Source of the DNA: Octopus vulgaris
Taxonomy: Eukaryota
Length of the DNA: 64,000 nt
NCBI GenBank assembly: GCA_951406725.2
Contig: OX597825.1
Location: 73,904,001-73,968,000 of the forward strand
Reading direction: 5' to 3'
Part shown: positions 12,452-26,281 of the stretch, one piece after another
Position numbering within the stretch: position 1 is the stretch's first letter
Layout: the number at the start of each line of letters is the position of its first letter
The notes under the pieces: generated by a model
The model's input: the letters and a program-made list of their open reading frames with translations, nothing else
The model's database searches: none
Told to the model about the DNA's origin: nothing
Program-made: the position numbers and the translations under genes

Positions 12452-12468
12452 TTATCTCTCTCTCTCTC

Positions 12469-12535
<67 letters not shown>

Positions 12536-12554
12536 CATATATTATACCAGACCA

Positions 12555-12757
12555 AGCAAATAAATGTGAAACAAGGTAGGAAAAAATAGTACTCGCTTAC
12601 CGTAGGCAGAGTAATATGCTTTATTATTTAAGCTGCAATAACATAAAATAAATTTCACAAAAAGCTCCCGTTCGTCAGACAGTTCGACGAATGGGAGCTT
12701 GAAACTCTGAGTAGCAGCCTTTTGTTGATATTTTTGTGATGTTTTTGCAGCTTTAAG
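12555..12757 (-). mobile_element. PLE pseudo-LTR-like mini-element family H1 with inverted duplication
   Basis: aataaatgtgaaacaaggt...gtactc...agagtaatatgctttatt; fold-back aagctcccgttcgtc/gacgaatgggagctt; hammerhead remnant ...gacga...gaaactctgagta. Confidence 0.65.
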
Positions 12758-12764
12758 AATATTT

Positions 12765-12968
12765 TCTACTCTAGGCACAAAGCCCAAAATTTTTGCGGTG
12801 GGGTTCAGTCGATCGTCCCTAGTATGCAACTGGTACTTAATTTATCGAACCCGAAAGGATGAAAAGCGAAGTCGACATCGGAGGAGTTTGAACTCAGAAC
12901 GTAAAGGTAGAGGAAATACTGCTTAGCATCTTGCCCGGCGTGCTAAAGTTTCTGCCAGCTCGCCTCCT
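12765..12968 (-). mobile_element. SINE family A (short-tail subfamily)
   Basis: Family A head and body; tail aaaattttgggctttgtgcctagagtagaaaa. Confidence 0.8.
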
Positions 12969-13891
12969 TATGCAGCCTTAATAATAAAGTATATGTATAT
13001 TATACGAATATGCATGCATACGTATATATTTACACATACATACATTATGAATGAGTGTACACCTTTTCATGCACACTGAAACTCACATATGCATGTACGC
13101 GTAAATTACGTTTCCATAGAAACCGCAAACGCTTATAAATGCTTAAGAAAAATTTCTTCGCAATCATGAGGCACCGGGTTCGTGTAGAATATGTGGCATC
13201 AAGACCATGCTGGGGCAAGCATTGCTAAGAAAACTGAATAGACAGGAAACAGATCAGAGAACTATTGGTTGTATTGTATCTGTTATTCCATGAGCGAATT
13301 CATGTCACTCGCTGTTTCACGGCGATTCCAGGTTAGCGTAACATCGTTACACGTGTCTGAATCTTTGCAGAATAGTAAGTCAGTTACACGCCATTGCAAT
13401 GTCTACGGATTCAATACATTGTACAACAGAATACACATCGTTAAGACTGACGGAAATCAGTTTATCTAGTTCGTGTTTGTATATGTATACATATATATAT
13501 GTTTGTAGGTGTATCTCTCTATATATATGTGCACACAAACACACATATATGTATACAATCACGCATACATATGTGTGTGTGTGTGTGTGTCCGTGTGTGC
13601 GTGTGTGTAAAAAATATACAGAAAATGGATTTTATGCATTTATTATAGGCTTACATATGTTTCCGATAAATATTGAAGGGGTTTACTGACATAAAGCAAC
13701 CGTATTAATCAACGGATTCATAGTCGATCGACTGAAGGAACAGAGAACAGTCTCACATCTTTATCTGCTTCAGATCCATAATTAACCGACTGCCTCAAGA
13801 AAGGAATACAAGTATGTGTGTGCGTGAGGCCTAAGCAATAGGATATAGGGCTTGGTGCAACCTCAGTCTGTAGTATTTGGGATATATATAT

Positions 13892-14275
13892 ATAGGCGCA
13901 GGAGTGGCTGTGTGGTAAGTAGCTTGCTTAACCAACACATGGTTCTGGGTTCAGTCCCAGTGCGTGGCACCTTGGGTAAGTGTCTTCTACTATAGCCTCG
14001 GGTTGACCAAAGACTTGTAAGTAGATTGGGTAGACGGAAACGGAAAGAAACCCGTCGTATATATGTACATGTTTGTGTGTCTGTTTGTCCCTGCAACATC
14101 GTTTGACAACCGATGGTGGTGTGTTTATGACCCCATAACTTAGCGGTTCGGAAAAAGAAACCGATAGAATAAGTACTAGGCTTACAAAGAACAAGTCCTG
14201 GGGTCGATTTGCTCGACTAAAAGCGGTGCTCCAGCATGGCCGCAATCAAATGGCTGAAACAAGGAAAAGAGAGTA
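13892..14275 (+). mobile_element. SINE family B
   Basis: Full-length, starts taggcgcaggagtggctgtgtgg within (TA)n. Confidence 0.9.
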
Positions 14276-14359
14276 CTTAATTCAGGTGTCGTTTGTGAAA
14301 TATTTCCAGTGTTAGCCCCACAGATTCTTTATCTGCAAGAACATAAATCGTAAAACGAG

Positions 14360-14398
14360 TCTGGCTAGTTTCGAGACATTTTAGATCATCATCAGAGA
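14360..14398 (-). ncRNA. Degenerate minimal type-I hammerhead motif
   Basis: Minus strand tct-CTGATGA-tgatctaaaatgtctc-GAAA-ctag-cc-aga; palindromic stem III (ctag) present, cleavage triplet mutated. Confidence 0.35.
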
Positions 14399-14729
14399 AT
14401 GTATACCTATTTCTGTCCACAGAGAGAAACTAATAACATACAACTACATGCAATGCATGGAAACACCAGCGAAGTCAGAAATGATCTCATTTACATAACA
14501 GTGAATGTGCCGCCTACAACATGGATAATTAATTAAATTAATAAGTTTTTTCTTGATCCTAATATCCGTCTACTTTTACCGGCTAAACATGGTGTCACAA
14601 GGGAATATATTTTTATGAATGTTTTTAGACGGAAACTTAATACAGCGTCCTGGGAAATATTTAATGTAACATAATTGCTCCAAAGTATATGTTTGTTTAC
14701 TTGTTTTCATATTTTGGTCGAATTAGTTC

Positions 14730-14794
<65 letters not shown>

Positions 14795-15129
14795 TATGCA
14801 CACACATACACACGTATATATATACACATATATAGATGTATATACGCATGTATTTATTATATGTGATGTATATATATTTATGTGTGTATATATATATATA
14901 TATATACATATATAAGCATATGTAATATGCAATACGAACACACACATTCAGACACACACACACTCACACACAAACACACACTCACACACACACACACACA
15001 CACACACTATACGCGCACACAAATAAGCAGAATGCAAATGCTTCTGTATGTTTATCTATGTGTACGTGTGACATTATGCATGAGCGAATGTTTGTATAAT
15101 TGTATCCATAGCTATCTTTTTGCAGGCTT

Positions 15130-15303
15130 GTCTATCTATTTACCTACCTACCAACCTACATGCCTACATACATACCTACCTACCTACCTACCTACCTACC
15201 TACCTACCTACCTACCTACCTACCTACATACATACCTACCTACATACCTACCTACCTACCTACCTACCTATCTACCAATCTACCTACCTAACTATCTATA
15301 TAC

Positions 15304-15358
<55 letters not shown>

Positions 15359-15367
15359 CCTATCTAC

Positions 15368-15406
<39 letters not shown>

Positions 15407-15407
15407 C

Positions 15408-15460
<53 letters not shown>

Positions 15461-15517
15461 AATCTATCTATCTACCTATTTATCTATCTATCTATCTATC
15501 TATCTACCTACCTATCC

Positions 15518-15606
<89 letters not shown>
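15130..15606. repeat. (TACC)n to (TATC)n compound microsatellite
   Basis: Direct tetranucleotide runs. Confidence 0.95.
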
Positions 15607-15735
15607 ATTGTATTGTTCCTGAACACCAGTTTTTAGTGCTCCTGTGCCTAACGCATTTCTCCGCATTTGAACAGGCCAGGTTGCCCCCAAAGATAGAAAT
15701 AGAGAGAGAGTGATATATATATATATATATATATG

Positions 15736-15786
<51 letters not shown>

Positions 15787-16015
15787 AGCGAATGGAAAGA
15801 ATCGACTCGAGTATATGACTGCTATTTTCCTTATCGATCCCATAATGATGTCAGACAAAGTTGACCTTGGCGATGTTTGAACTTAACTTTGAGTGCAGAG
15901 AACCGAAAGAAATGGCGAAAAGAAATCGATCCAGTTCCATAAGTACTATTCCGTTTGTCCGACATCTAAGATGAAGAATGTTTCTTTGATATAAATACGC
16001 AAATATTCATAGATT

Positions 16016-16403
16016 GAATGGAAGCACTCCGTCGGTTACGACGACAAGGGTTCCGGTTGATCCGAATCAACGGAACAGCCTGCTCGTGAAATTAACGTGT
16101 AAGTGGCTGAGCACTCCACAGACACGTGTACCCTTAACGTAGTTCTCGGGGATATTCAGCGTGACACAGAGAGTGACAAGGCCGGCCATTTGAAATACAG
16201 GTACAACAGAAACAGGAAGAAAGAGTGAGAGAAAGTTGTGGTGAAAGAGTACAGCAGGGATCACCACCACCCCCTGCTGGAGCCTCGTGGAGCTTTAGGT
16301 GTTTTCGCTCAATAAACACTCACAACGACCGGTCTGGGAATCGAAACCGCGATCCTATGACCGCGAGTCCGCTGCCCTAACCACTGGGCCATTGCGCCTC
16401 CAC
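16016..16403 (-). mobile_element. SINE family C, 3'-variant 2
   Basis: Full-length and highly similar to 51443-51829; TSD attcatagatt at 16005-16015 and 16404-16414. Confidence 0.92.
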
Positions 16404-16419
16404 ATTCATAGATTAATAC

Positions 16420-16571
16420 ACTGGCGAAAGAATGGCAGTGCCTTTTCGGATTCAGATAACTGCGTGACACCTTGGGCAAATGTCTTCTGCTATAGCCTTT
16501 CCAGGCCGATATCTTGCGAGTCGATTTGGTAAACGGAATCCAAAAGAACACACACACACACGCACACACGA

Positions 16572-16639
<68 letters not shown>

Positions 16640-16885
16640 ACGCACGCACACTTATGCATAAGTGTATGTGTGTGTGATTTGTGATTGGTTTGTCCTCTCG
16701 TGCCACCGCTTAACAAAGCAGTCTTGGGTCGTTCTTGTCCCCGTAACTTAGCAGTTTGGTAAAAGAGGTCGTTAGAATAGGCAGAATACATACAAGGCTT
16801 AAAGAGAGCTACTAGAATCGGTTTATGCGACTACGAAGTTCAAAGAGGTGCCCCAGTATGGCCGCAGCCTAATTACACTAACAAG
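16420..16885 (+). mobile_element. Diverged SINE family B
   Basis: caccttgggcaaatgtcttctgctatagcc...ccgtaacttagcagttt...ccccagtatggccgcag. Confidence 0.65.
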
Positions 16886-16934
16886 CAACATATAAAACAT
16901 ATTTATAAAACAAATAGCATATTTATACATATAT

Positions 16935-16976
<42 letters not shown>

Positions 16977-17026
16977 ACAGACACACACACACAGACACAC
17001 ACACACACACACACACATGTATATAT

Positions 17027-17195
17027 AGGGAGAGTTTAAGAAAAAAGACGAAAGACGAAGGCAGGTGGTGTAAAAAACAAACAGGAATAGAAAAGGTCTT
17101 TTACATTTCGAGCCTACGCTCTTCTACAGAAAGGGACACAGAAAAAAACAAGGAGAGAAAAAAAATCTGTGTAGTGGCTAACGATCTATCATGCT
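17027..17195 (-). mobile_element. PLE-like mini-element family H2 with hammerhead-like motif
   Basis: Minus strand cttt-CTGTAGA-agagcgtaggctc-GAAA-tgta-aaag (17098-17133); homologous to 39115 and 47180; ends at TA repeat. Confidence 0.6.
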
Positions 17196-17358
17196 CGAAA
17201 TGAGGAGTAGATAGACAGCGGACAACTGATGAAGTGTCATTTCTCTGTGTTTACTTGTCCTATTCTCCATATTTTACGTTACGTTGTTTACGTACTAAAC
17301 AGGTTTGTCTACGTATTTCATGTTGTTTACACAGTTGGTGACGCCTTATACCCATATA

Positions 17359-17454
<96 letters not shown>

Positions 17455-17474
17455 ATATGTATGTGTGTATGTGC

Positions 17475-17518
<44 letters not shown>

Positions 17519-17524
17519 TCATTC

Positions 17525-17678
17525 ACTTCTTTCGGTTTCTGTCTACCAAATCCACTAACAAGGCTTTGGCCTGAGGCTATAGTAGAAGACACTTGCCCAT
17601 GGTGCTACGCAGAGGGACTGAAACCGGAGCCATGTTGTTGAGAAGCGAGCTTCTTACCAGAGAGCCACGGTGCGCCTA
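17525..17678 (-). mobile_element. SINE family B left arm
   Basis: tctaccaaatccact...ggctatagtagaagacacttgccc...cgcctata. Confidence 0.75.
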
Positions 17679-17693
17679 TATATACATATATAT

Positions 17694-17870
17694 GGCGATT
17701 TTTTTCCTCTGTCTTCCCTTCTCTGGATCTTTCCTTCTCCTATGTTTCCGACGAAGAGCTCCGCTCGAAACGTTAAACCCTCCTTCTTTCCTGAGCGTCC
17801 AATAATACTATATTTGTTCCACGTCCTCGCGTTGTTGTATTTGTTTGTGCTTTCTTGTTTGGATTAACTA
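17694..17870 (+). mobile_element. PLE-like mini-element (H2-related) with hammerhead motif
   Basis: gttt-CCGACGA-a-gagc-tcc-gctc-GAAAC-GTT-aaac (17744-17778): stems I and II perfect, palindromic stem III AACGTT; both ends in (TA)n. Confidence 0.6.
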
Positions 17871-17891
17871 TATATATATATATATATATAT

Positions 17892-18289
17892 ATACTCTTT
17901 TACTCTTTTACTTGTTTCAGTCATTTGACTGCGGCCATGCTGGAGCACCGCCTTTAATCGAGCAACTCGACTCCGGGACTTATTCTTTGTAAGCCCAGTA
18001 CTTATTCTATCGGTCTCTTTTGCCGAACCGCTAAGTGACGGGGACGTAAACACACCAGCATCGGTTGTCAAGCAATGCTAGGGGGACAACACAGACACAC
18101 ACACGCATTTATATAAATATATACATATATACGACGGGCTTCTTTCAGTTTCCGTCTACCAAATCCACTCACAAGGCATTGGTCGGCCCGGGGCTATAGC
18201 AGAAGACACTTGCCCAAGATGCCATGCAGTGGGACTGAACCCGGAACCATGTGGTTGGTAAGAAAGCTACTTACCACACAGCCACTCCT
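17892..18289 (-). mobile_element. SINE family B
   Basis: Full-length minus-strand match. Confidence 0.9.
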
Positions 18290-18919
18290 AAGATATAAGT
18301 TAGAGATGTTAAGCCCGCTAAGGGATAGGTGTATCCAGAGGCACTCCTGGTAATTACCTCAGTAAGTATGGTCCTCGGAATAATCTATACGGCAGCAGGT
18401 AATTTAAGAGGTGAACCGTAGTTTAATGCATATAAAGACGATGACAAAATGTTGTTTTTCCTCCATTTTCTTGTTTATATATATATTTATATTTATATAA
18501 ACACAGATACATAGGTGGAACATGGATCATATTAGATCTATGTTTGTATATGTGGGTGTGTTCGGGAGTGCGTGTGTGAATGTGTATTTGTCTGTGTGTA
18601 TATGTCTTGTGTGTGTGCGTCTATATGTGCGCTTGTGTGCTCGTTTAGACGAGTGTTTACTCAAGGTGGGTGTGTACTGAATCATTGAATAACCTTGCGC
18701 GCAAGTGCAAAGCACTCTGTATCGTGAGTGCGCGCGCATGCGCATGAGCGTTCGTGTGCGAGTGCGTGTGGCGCGTGCACATACGTTTGAATTTTCGTAT
18801 ACGCAAGCAAAGATACGCATGAGTGTGCGTCTGTACAAGCCCATGTATTCTTTTATTATTTTTATTCTTTTACTTGTTTCAGTCATGTGACTGGGGCCAT
18901 GCCATAGAACCGCCTTATG

Positions 18920-18969
18920 CACACATACACACACATACATATATATGCACACACACACATATATATATA

Positions 18970-19010
<41 letters not shown>

Positions 19011-19187
19011 GTATGTATATATATATGTATATATAGATATGTATTAATGTGTGCATATATATGTATATATATATATATATAAATACATACATACATACAT
19101 ATATATATATATATGTATATCTGTATGTGTGTATGTATATATATATGTACATATATGTATATGTACATATATGTATATATATACATA

Positions 19188-19247
<60 letters not shown>

Positions 19248-19446
19248 GCATATATATTTATACACATGTATATACACGTATTCTATAATATATATGTACA
19301 TATGTTTATGTATATATATATTTTTTTTGTATATATATACGTATATATATATTTATATATATATACCTATGTATAGCTATGTATATGTATAAACATACAT
19401 ACATTCATACATTCATGCATTCATACATACATACATACACACATAC

Positions 19447-19505
<59 letters not shown>

Positions 19506-20099
19506 CATACATACATACATACATACATACATACATACATACATACATACATACATACATACATACATACATACAGTTGCGTATACCGTACGCTTTTAAT
19601 ACCCGCTTTCAGTGCACGTCTCTGTGTATTTGCATGCATTCTGTAGATTTATTTCTGTGTAACACCAATCGAATGACAATCGCACACAGAAATCCCCCCC
19701 TCCCAACAAAATACAGACTATCACACATGCAGTTTTTCAGAAAACGGGTGTTAAATTTTATAAGAATTGCAAGCAAAAACAATATACCCATCGATAATAT
19801 GAGCGTTAAGAGAAGGAAATACAATATCAAAGCCAATAGACGTGGAGCGAACATTATCAACATTTACTGAGATAGCAACAGTAATACTACAGCATTCGGG
19901 TATAATCAGCTGCTATAGCAACGGTGGATTCTCAATGTAACCGATCATGGCTGCAATTGTCTGCTGCGACAGCTCTGCGTTGATATATATATGTATGTAC
20001 GTAGGTGCATGCTTACATACACACATACATACATATATATATACATATATACATCTGCATATATATATATATATATATGCATATATATATATATACATC

Positions 20100-20158
<59 letters not shown>

Positions 20159-20498
20159 CATACATATGCATATATATATACATCTGCATATATATATATA
20201 TATATATATATGGACTGACATAGATATGTATACATATGCATACACATATATATATATATATATGTACATATATATATAAATGCATACACATGCACATATG
20301 CACGTATATATATATATAAATGGATATATATGTATATATGCATATATCCATATATATATGTATATACATGTATCCATATACGTTTATGTATATGTGTGTT
20401 TCTGTTTGTGTGTAATCATTTGTATTCATGTAAGTCTGTTTTTCGTATGTGAGTTTGTGCAAAATGTACATGTATATATATATATATATATGTATACG

Positions 20499-20566
<68 letters not shown>

Positions 20567-20790
20567 TATATATTTATAGATATATAAATATATATCTACA
20601 TGTATATATATATATATATTAATATATCTATATCAATATCTATATCTATCTATATATCTATGTATCTATATCTATCTATCTATCTATATATATATGTATA
20701 TATATATATATATGTATATATATACATAAATATATATGTATATATACATATATATATTTACATATATATCTATATGTATATATGCATTCA
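18920..20790. repeat. Large degenerate (TA)n/(TACA)n/(CA)n microsatellite field with small unique islands
   Basis: Direct inspection. Confidence 0.9.
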
Positions 20791-21087
20791 AACATGCATA
20801 CACACATACTCTCACACACTCCCACATCTATTTACTATTTTGACATTATTAAATGAAGAGAGATTGTACATATGTCGTAAAACGATATGCTTTCTCTCCC
20901 CGGCTCTCTCCCAGTCTCCCTCTCTTTCTCTCGCTGTGTGTGTGTGTCTGTGTATACATATCTATATGTATATGTGTATCTACATATATACAATTTTTAT
21001 ATATTTGCAATATATAAAACCGGAGAATAGAGTTACTAAATTAATTTTGCTGCATTGTCTACAGTTGTTTCATTAATTTCCATAACC

Positions 21088-21255
21088 AGGCATAGAAGTG
21101 GCTGTGTGGTAAGTAGTTTACTTACCAAGCGCATGGGTCCGGGTTCAGTCCCACTGCGTGGCACCTTGGGCAAGTGTCTTCTACTATAGCCTCGGGCTGA
21201 CCAAAGCCTTGTGATTGGATTTGGTAGACGGAAACTGAAAGAAGCCCGTCGTATA

Positions 21256-21348
<93 letters not shown>

Positions 21349-21525
21349 TTGTGTGTCTGTTTTTGTCCCCCCAACATCGCTTGAAAACCGAGGCTGGTGT
21401 GTTTACGTTCCAGTAACTTACCGGTTCGGTAAAAGAGACCGATAGCGTAAGTACTAGGCTTACAAAGAATAAGTCCTGGGGTCGATTTGCTCGATTAAAG
21501 GTTTGTGCACCAGCATGACCATTGT
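21088..21525 (+). mobile_element. SINE family B (3' truncated)
   Basis: Family B match with long internal (TA)n(TG)n. Confidence 0.88.
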
Positions 21526-21792
21526 CTTAACAATCTTTGAAGCCGATTTTTCTTGTTATGAAACCAATGGTAGTCTTAATCCACGCACACGCGCATATAT
21601 AATACATAGTTACGGCATGGGTATGACATGCGTCCTGATTATGACTTTAAACTGCATTCAGTAGTGGGACTCGGGTTCGGGATTGAGGGGCCCCTAGCTG
21701 TGACATTAGCTAGGTTTCACATGGTTTCTTGTCATCACCCTTCCCTCTGTCAGTAGGTATTGATTCATGGAGACACAGAGAATGGTACTCGT

Positions 21793-22488
21793 TTACATTA
21801 TTTACATTTGACGGATATTTGTCCTCATCTTGTTTGTTGTTAACACATTTCGGTTGATATACCCTCTAGACTTCATCAGGTGTCTTGGGGAAATTTCGAA
21901 CCTGGGTTCTCATTCCTAAGGTGTTTTTCGATGTTGTTGTTGTTGTTGTTATTATTATTATTATTACTTTATTATTATTCAGTAGTTTTATTTTTATTTT
22001 TATAGCGTGCTTTCACTTCACTACCGAGCGCAGCTCTGTGTGCCTTGGGTATGTGCTGTGATTTGTTGTGATGCTCTGATGGTTATTGTATGGAAAGTGT
22101 TCTGCGTAGGATGTGTTCAGTGCCTAGTAGTGCAATTTTCTGTATGTTATATGTGTTTGTAAGTCCTGGTGTTTTTGTTATGTATTTGTCTGAATATTTT
22201 TTTATCAACCTAATGCACCTACTATGATAGGAATTGTTTCTGTTTTCAGATTCCACATTCTAGTTACCTCTATTTCCAGGTCTTTGTATTTTGAGAGTTT
22301 CTCCATTTCTTTTAGAGACACGTTGTCATCTGCCGGTACTGATACATCAATTAGAAAGCATTTTTTTTCTTCATGGTCTCTGACAACTATATCTGGTCTG
22401 TTGGCCTTAATTTCTCTATCTGTGTGTATCGGCATATCCCAGAGTATGGTTGCTTTCTCGTTTTCTGTGACCTTTTCTGGTGTGTGCC

Positions 22489-22550
<62 letters not shown>

Positions 22551-22629
22551 GCCCACGGGCATGTGGCGTAGTGGTTAAGAGCGCGGGCTACTAACCCCAA
22601 GGTTCAGAGTTCGATTCCAAACAGTGACT

Positions 22630-22674
<45 letters not shown>

Positions 22675-22747
22675 TAATAATAATAATAATAATAAGAAGA
22701 AGAAGAATGATAATAATAACATCGAAAAATAGTTTAAATATAGAACG
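21793..22747 (-). mobile_element. Composite insertion: tRNA-headed SINE with inverted 5' part and hammerhead-like 3' tail, containing a nested R4/Dong fragment
   Basis: 13-bp TSD gaatggtactcgt at 21780-21792 and 22748-22760. Plus-strand tRNA head at 22551-22620 (tggcgtagtgg, gagttcgattcc). The motif aacatcgaaaaa occurs in both orientations (21925-21936 minus, 22718-22729 plus). Confidence 0.7.
21978..22488 (-). pseudogene. R4/Dong-like (REL endonuclease) non-LTR retrotransposon 3' fragment with 3' UTR
   Basis: Encodes ILWDMPIHTDREIKANRPDIVV...LIDVSVP...EKLSKYKDL...PIIVGALG*...IQKIALLGTEHILRRTL* (RPD...D...EK restriction-like endonuclease); both ends in (TAA)n, the known Dong-type target. Confidence 0.88.
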
Positions 22748-23328
22748 GAATGGTACTCGTGTTGTACAACCTTTTATTACTATAATCCAATGACGAACAA
22801 GTGTCTCTATGCCGAACTCATTTGTCATTCCAACTTCTTAAAGTGAAATTGCGTTGGGAAAGCAGTGACGACCAGACCCAAACAGTTTAAAGTGGAGAGT
22901 AAGCTACATCTTTCGTTTGTCACCAAAGTTCTAAACTAAGCAGAAGGGACTCAGTAATTACCTGAGCGAACATGCACAGATAATCAGAAATGGCATTCAC
23001 AATGAAGTGGCACAAGGAGACAATACTTATCTGTAAAGATGGAGAAATCACCATATAATCAGTTAAAATCAAGAAGTGAGAGGCAAATACGATTTACTTC
23101 CGTTTGTATACAGCTGTTCCATAATTCACTTTCAGTTACACCATCGAAAGTTATTGGGAGTCCTTAATGCGAGTCGTGAGTTCCATTTAATTTTTGGAAT
23201 ATTCTTTCTCATATATACATGTATATATATGTATACATACACATACATACATACATACATACATACATACATACATACATACATACATACATACACACAC
23301 ACATATATGTATATGTATATATATATAT

Positions 23329-23560
23329 AGGCGGCGAGCTGGCAGAAACGTTAGCGCGCCGGGCGAAATGCTTAGTGGTATTTCGTCTGTCGTTACGTTG
23401 TGAGTTCAAATTCCGCCGAGGTCGACTTTGCCTTTCATCCTTTCGGGGTCGATAAATTAAGTACCAGTTACGCACTGGGGTCGATGTAGTCGACTTTAAT
23501 CCCTTTGTCTGTCCTTGTTTGTCCCCTCTGTGTTTAGCCCCTTGTGGGTAGTAAAGAAAA
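23329..23560 (+). mobile_element. SINE family A
   Basis: Near-consensus full-length copy inside (TA)n. Confidence 0.93.
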
Positions 23561-23580
23561 ATATATATATATATATATAT

Positions 23581-23916
<336 letters not shown>

Positions 23917-24627
23917 TCGTGTGTGTGTGTATTTATACTTGCAAATTTTTAATATGAAAACAATAAAAATCATACTGTGTCAGGTCTCCGTGTTGAATTT
24001 TCAACATGGCGGACTAATGCACTACATTTTGTTTTTCATTCAAGCTTTAGTATCAGTCGACAAAATGAAACAAAATACGGTATTGAACATCCTAAGTTTC
24101 TATTATTACCGTACGTGTCTGTCTGTCTGTATGTATGTTTGGAGGAATGTATGTGTACAAACGTACATACGTACAAACACATACACACGCATATATATAT
24201 ACATACAGTTATTTACTAAAAATCGTGTGTGTGTGTGTGTATATAACATATATGACAGTGTCAAACGTCTCACAGCTGTTAAAATATTAGGTTTACCTAG
24301 ATACATACATACATACATACATACATACATACATACATACATACCTATAGTACAAGCATATTCACAGAGATAAACATACACTATCACAACCGCAGACACA
24401 TACACACACACACACACAAACACATTTATATAAAAAAAGTTAAAATCTATCTTGAACCTCTCTGTCCATTAAGACGTAGCTTGTGTCTGTTTACTTGACA
24501 TTTAATCAACAGCAGCACCCGCACGCAGACACACACACCACACCACACCACACACGAGCACAAACAGACACATACGCAATCACGCATACACACACATATA
24601 ATAGCAGTAGAACAGAGTGAATAAGAA

Positions 24628-24689
<62 letters not shown>

Positions 24690-24888
24690 AGGAAGAGAGA
24701 ATGTGATAAGCTCTAGATAAATAATTTTGATTACCGCCATAGTATACTCTCCAGTAGTGACCTGAGTAGATGTCTACCATATGCACTGGATCTAGTAAAC
24801 TGTCTCTGCTTCAACCCCCACACACATATGCGCAAACGTGTGTGTGTGTCTATACACACACACACACACACTCACAAAGAGCTCATTA

Positions 24889-25127
24889 GTGAAAAAGAAG
24901 GTAGAAAAAATAGTGCTCGAATACCAAAGGTAGAGTAATATGCTTTTATTAAAGCTGCAAAATTATTACTAGATTGTTACTCAGAGTTTGACGATCCCGC
25001 TTGTTGTTGGACAGTTGTGATGAATGTGATGTAATGTGTACGCTCATGTTCGTCACAACCGTCCGACAAACGGGAACGTGAAACTTTGAGCAAAAGTCTT
25101 GTGACAATTTTGCAGCTTTGATAAAAG
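24889..25127 (-). mobile_element. PLE pseudo-LTR-like mini-element family H1 with inverted duplication
   Basis: gtagagtaatatgcttttattaaagctgcaaaatt ... aattttgcagctttgataaaag inverted arms; hammerhead remnants ccgacaaacgggaacgtgaaactttgag. Confidence 0.65.
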
Positions 25128-25422
25128 TACACATACACACATGTATGTATGTATGTATGTATGTATGTATGTATGTATGTATGTATGTATGTATGTATGT
25201 ATGTATGTATGTATGTATGTATGTATGTATACGTGTGAGTGGACAAACGAAAGAAGAGCACTCAACTAATTTATTGGGAGTTACGTGCATTGATCAAAAT
25301 AGTTTGATTCAAATTCGTTGGTACTCTGTAGTTTCAAGCGCGATGCTAGTCAAAATAGCTGACGAATAGCATTGCGCTTGAAACTCAAGAGTACCAACGA
25401 ATTTGAATGAAACTGTTTTGAT

Positions 25423-25859
<437 letters not shown>

Positions 25860-25994
25860 TGTGTGTGTAGATGTGTATTTTTCCCTTGTTAACAATTATC
25901 ACGGAAAAAAGTATATAAATAGTTACTAGGGTAGCAAAACATCACACAAGTAAAAAGGTAGAAACTTCGGGTTTACGTGAAATATTTTGTATAA

Positions 25995-26094
25995 TATATA
26001 TAAATAAATAAATGGAGTTAAACGCAGGTGTTATTAAAATTCTTTTGCTTCCGAATAACACCTACGTTCAACTCCATTTATTTATTTATATATA
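25995..26094. repeat. Inverted repeat (~40-bp arms)
   Basis: tatataaataaataaatggagttaaacgcaggtgttatt / aataacacctacgttcaactccatttatttatttatata. Confidence 0.8.
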
Positions 26095-26136
26095 ATTAGA
26101 GAATGGAGTAGCTAAAATCCAGGCTACATTATGTTT

Positions 26137-26281
26137 CATAGCTAGTAGAACCTCGGAAGTACAAATAACCTAGACGAGGGGTAATCTGCTGAAAACTGTA
26201 ATAGCCCAAACGAAAGGGGTAACCCATTGCAGATTAACCTTCGTTTGGGCTATTACTACTTCTGAGGTTCTGTTAGCTATG
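26137..26281. repeat. Nested inverted repeat
   Basis: catagctagtagaacctcggaagta / tacttctgaggttctgttagctatg; inner gtaatagcccaaacgaa / ttcgtttgggctattac. Confidence 0.75.

Noticed and set aside
22551-22625. Functional tRNA gene (also the heads at 3705, 40048 and 51443)
   Set aside because: A and B boxes are present but the acceptor stem does not pair, and the sequence continues into a repeat body
24727-24790. Possible micro-exon on the minus strand (ttactag...gtaatc)
   Set aside because: No polypyrimidine tract, weak donor and no recognisable peptide
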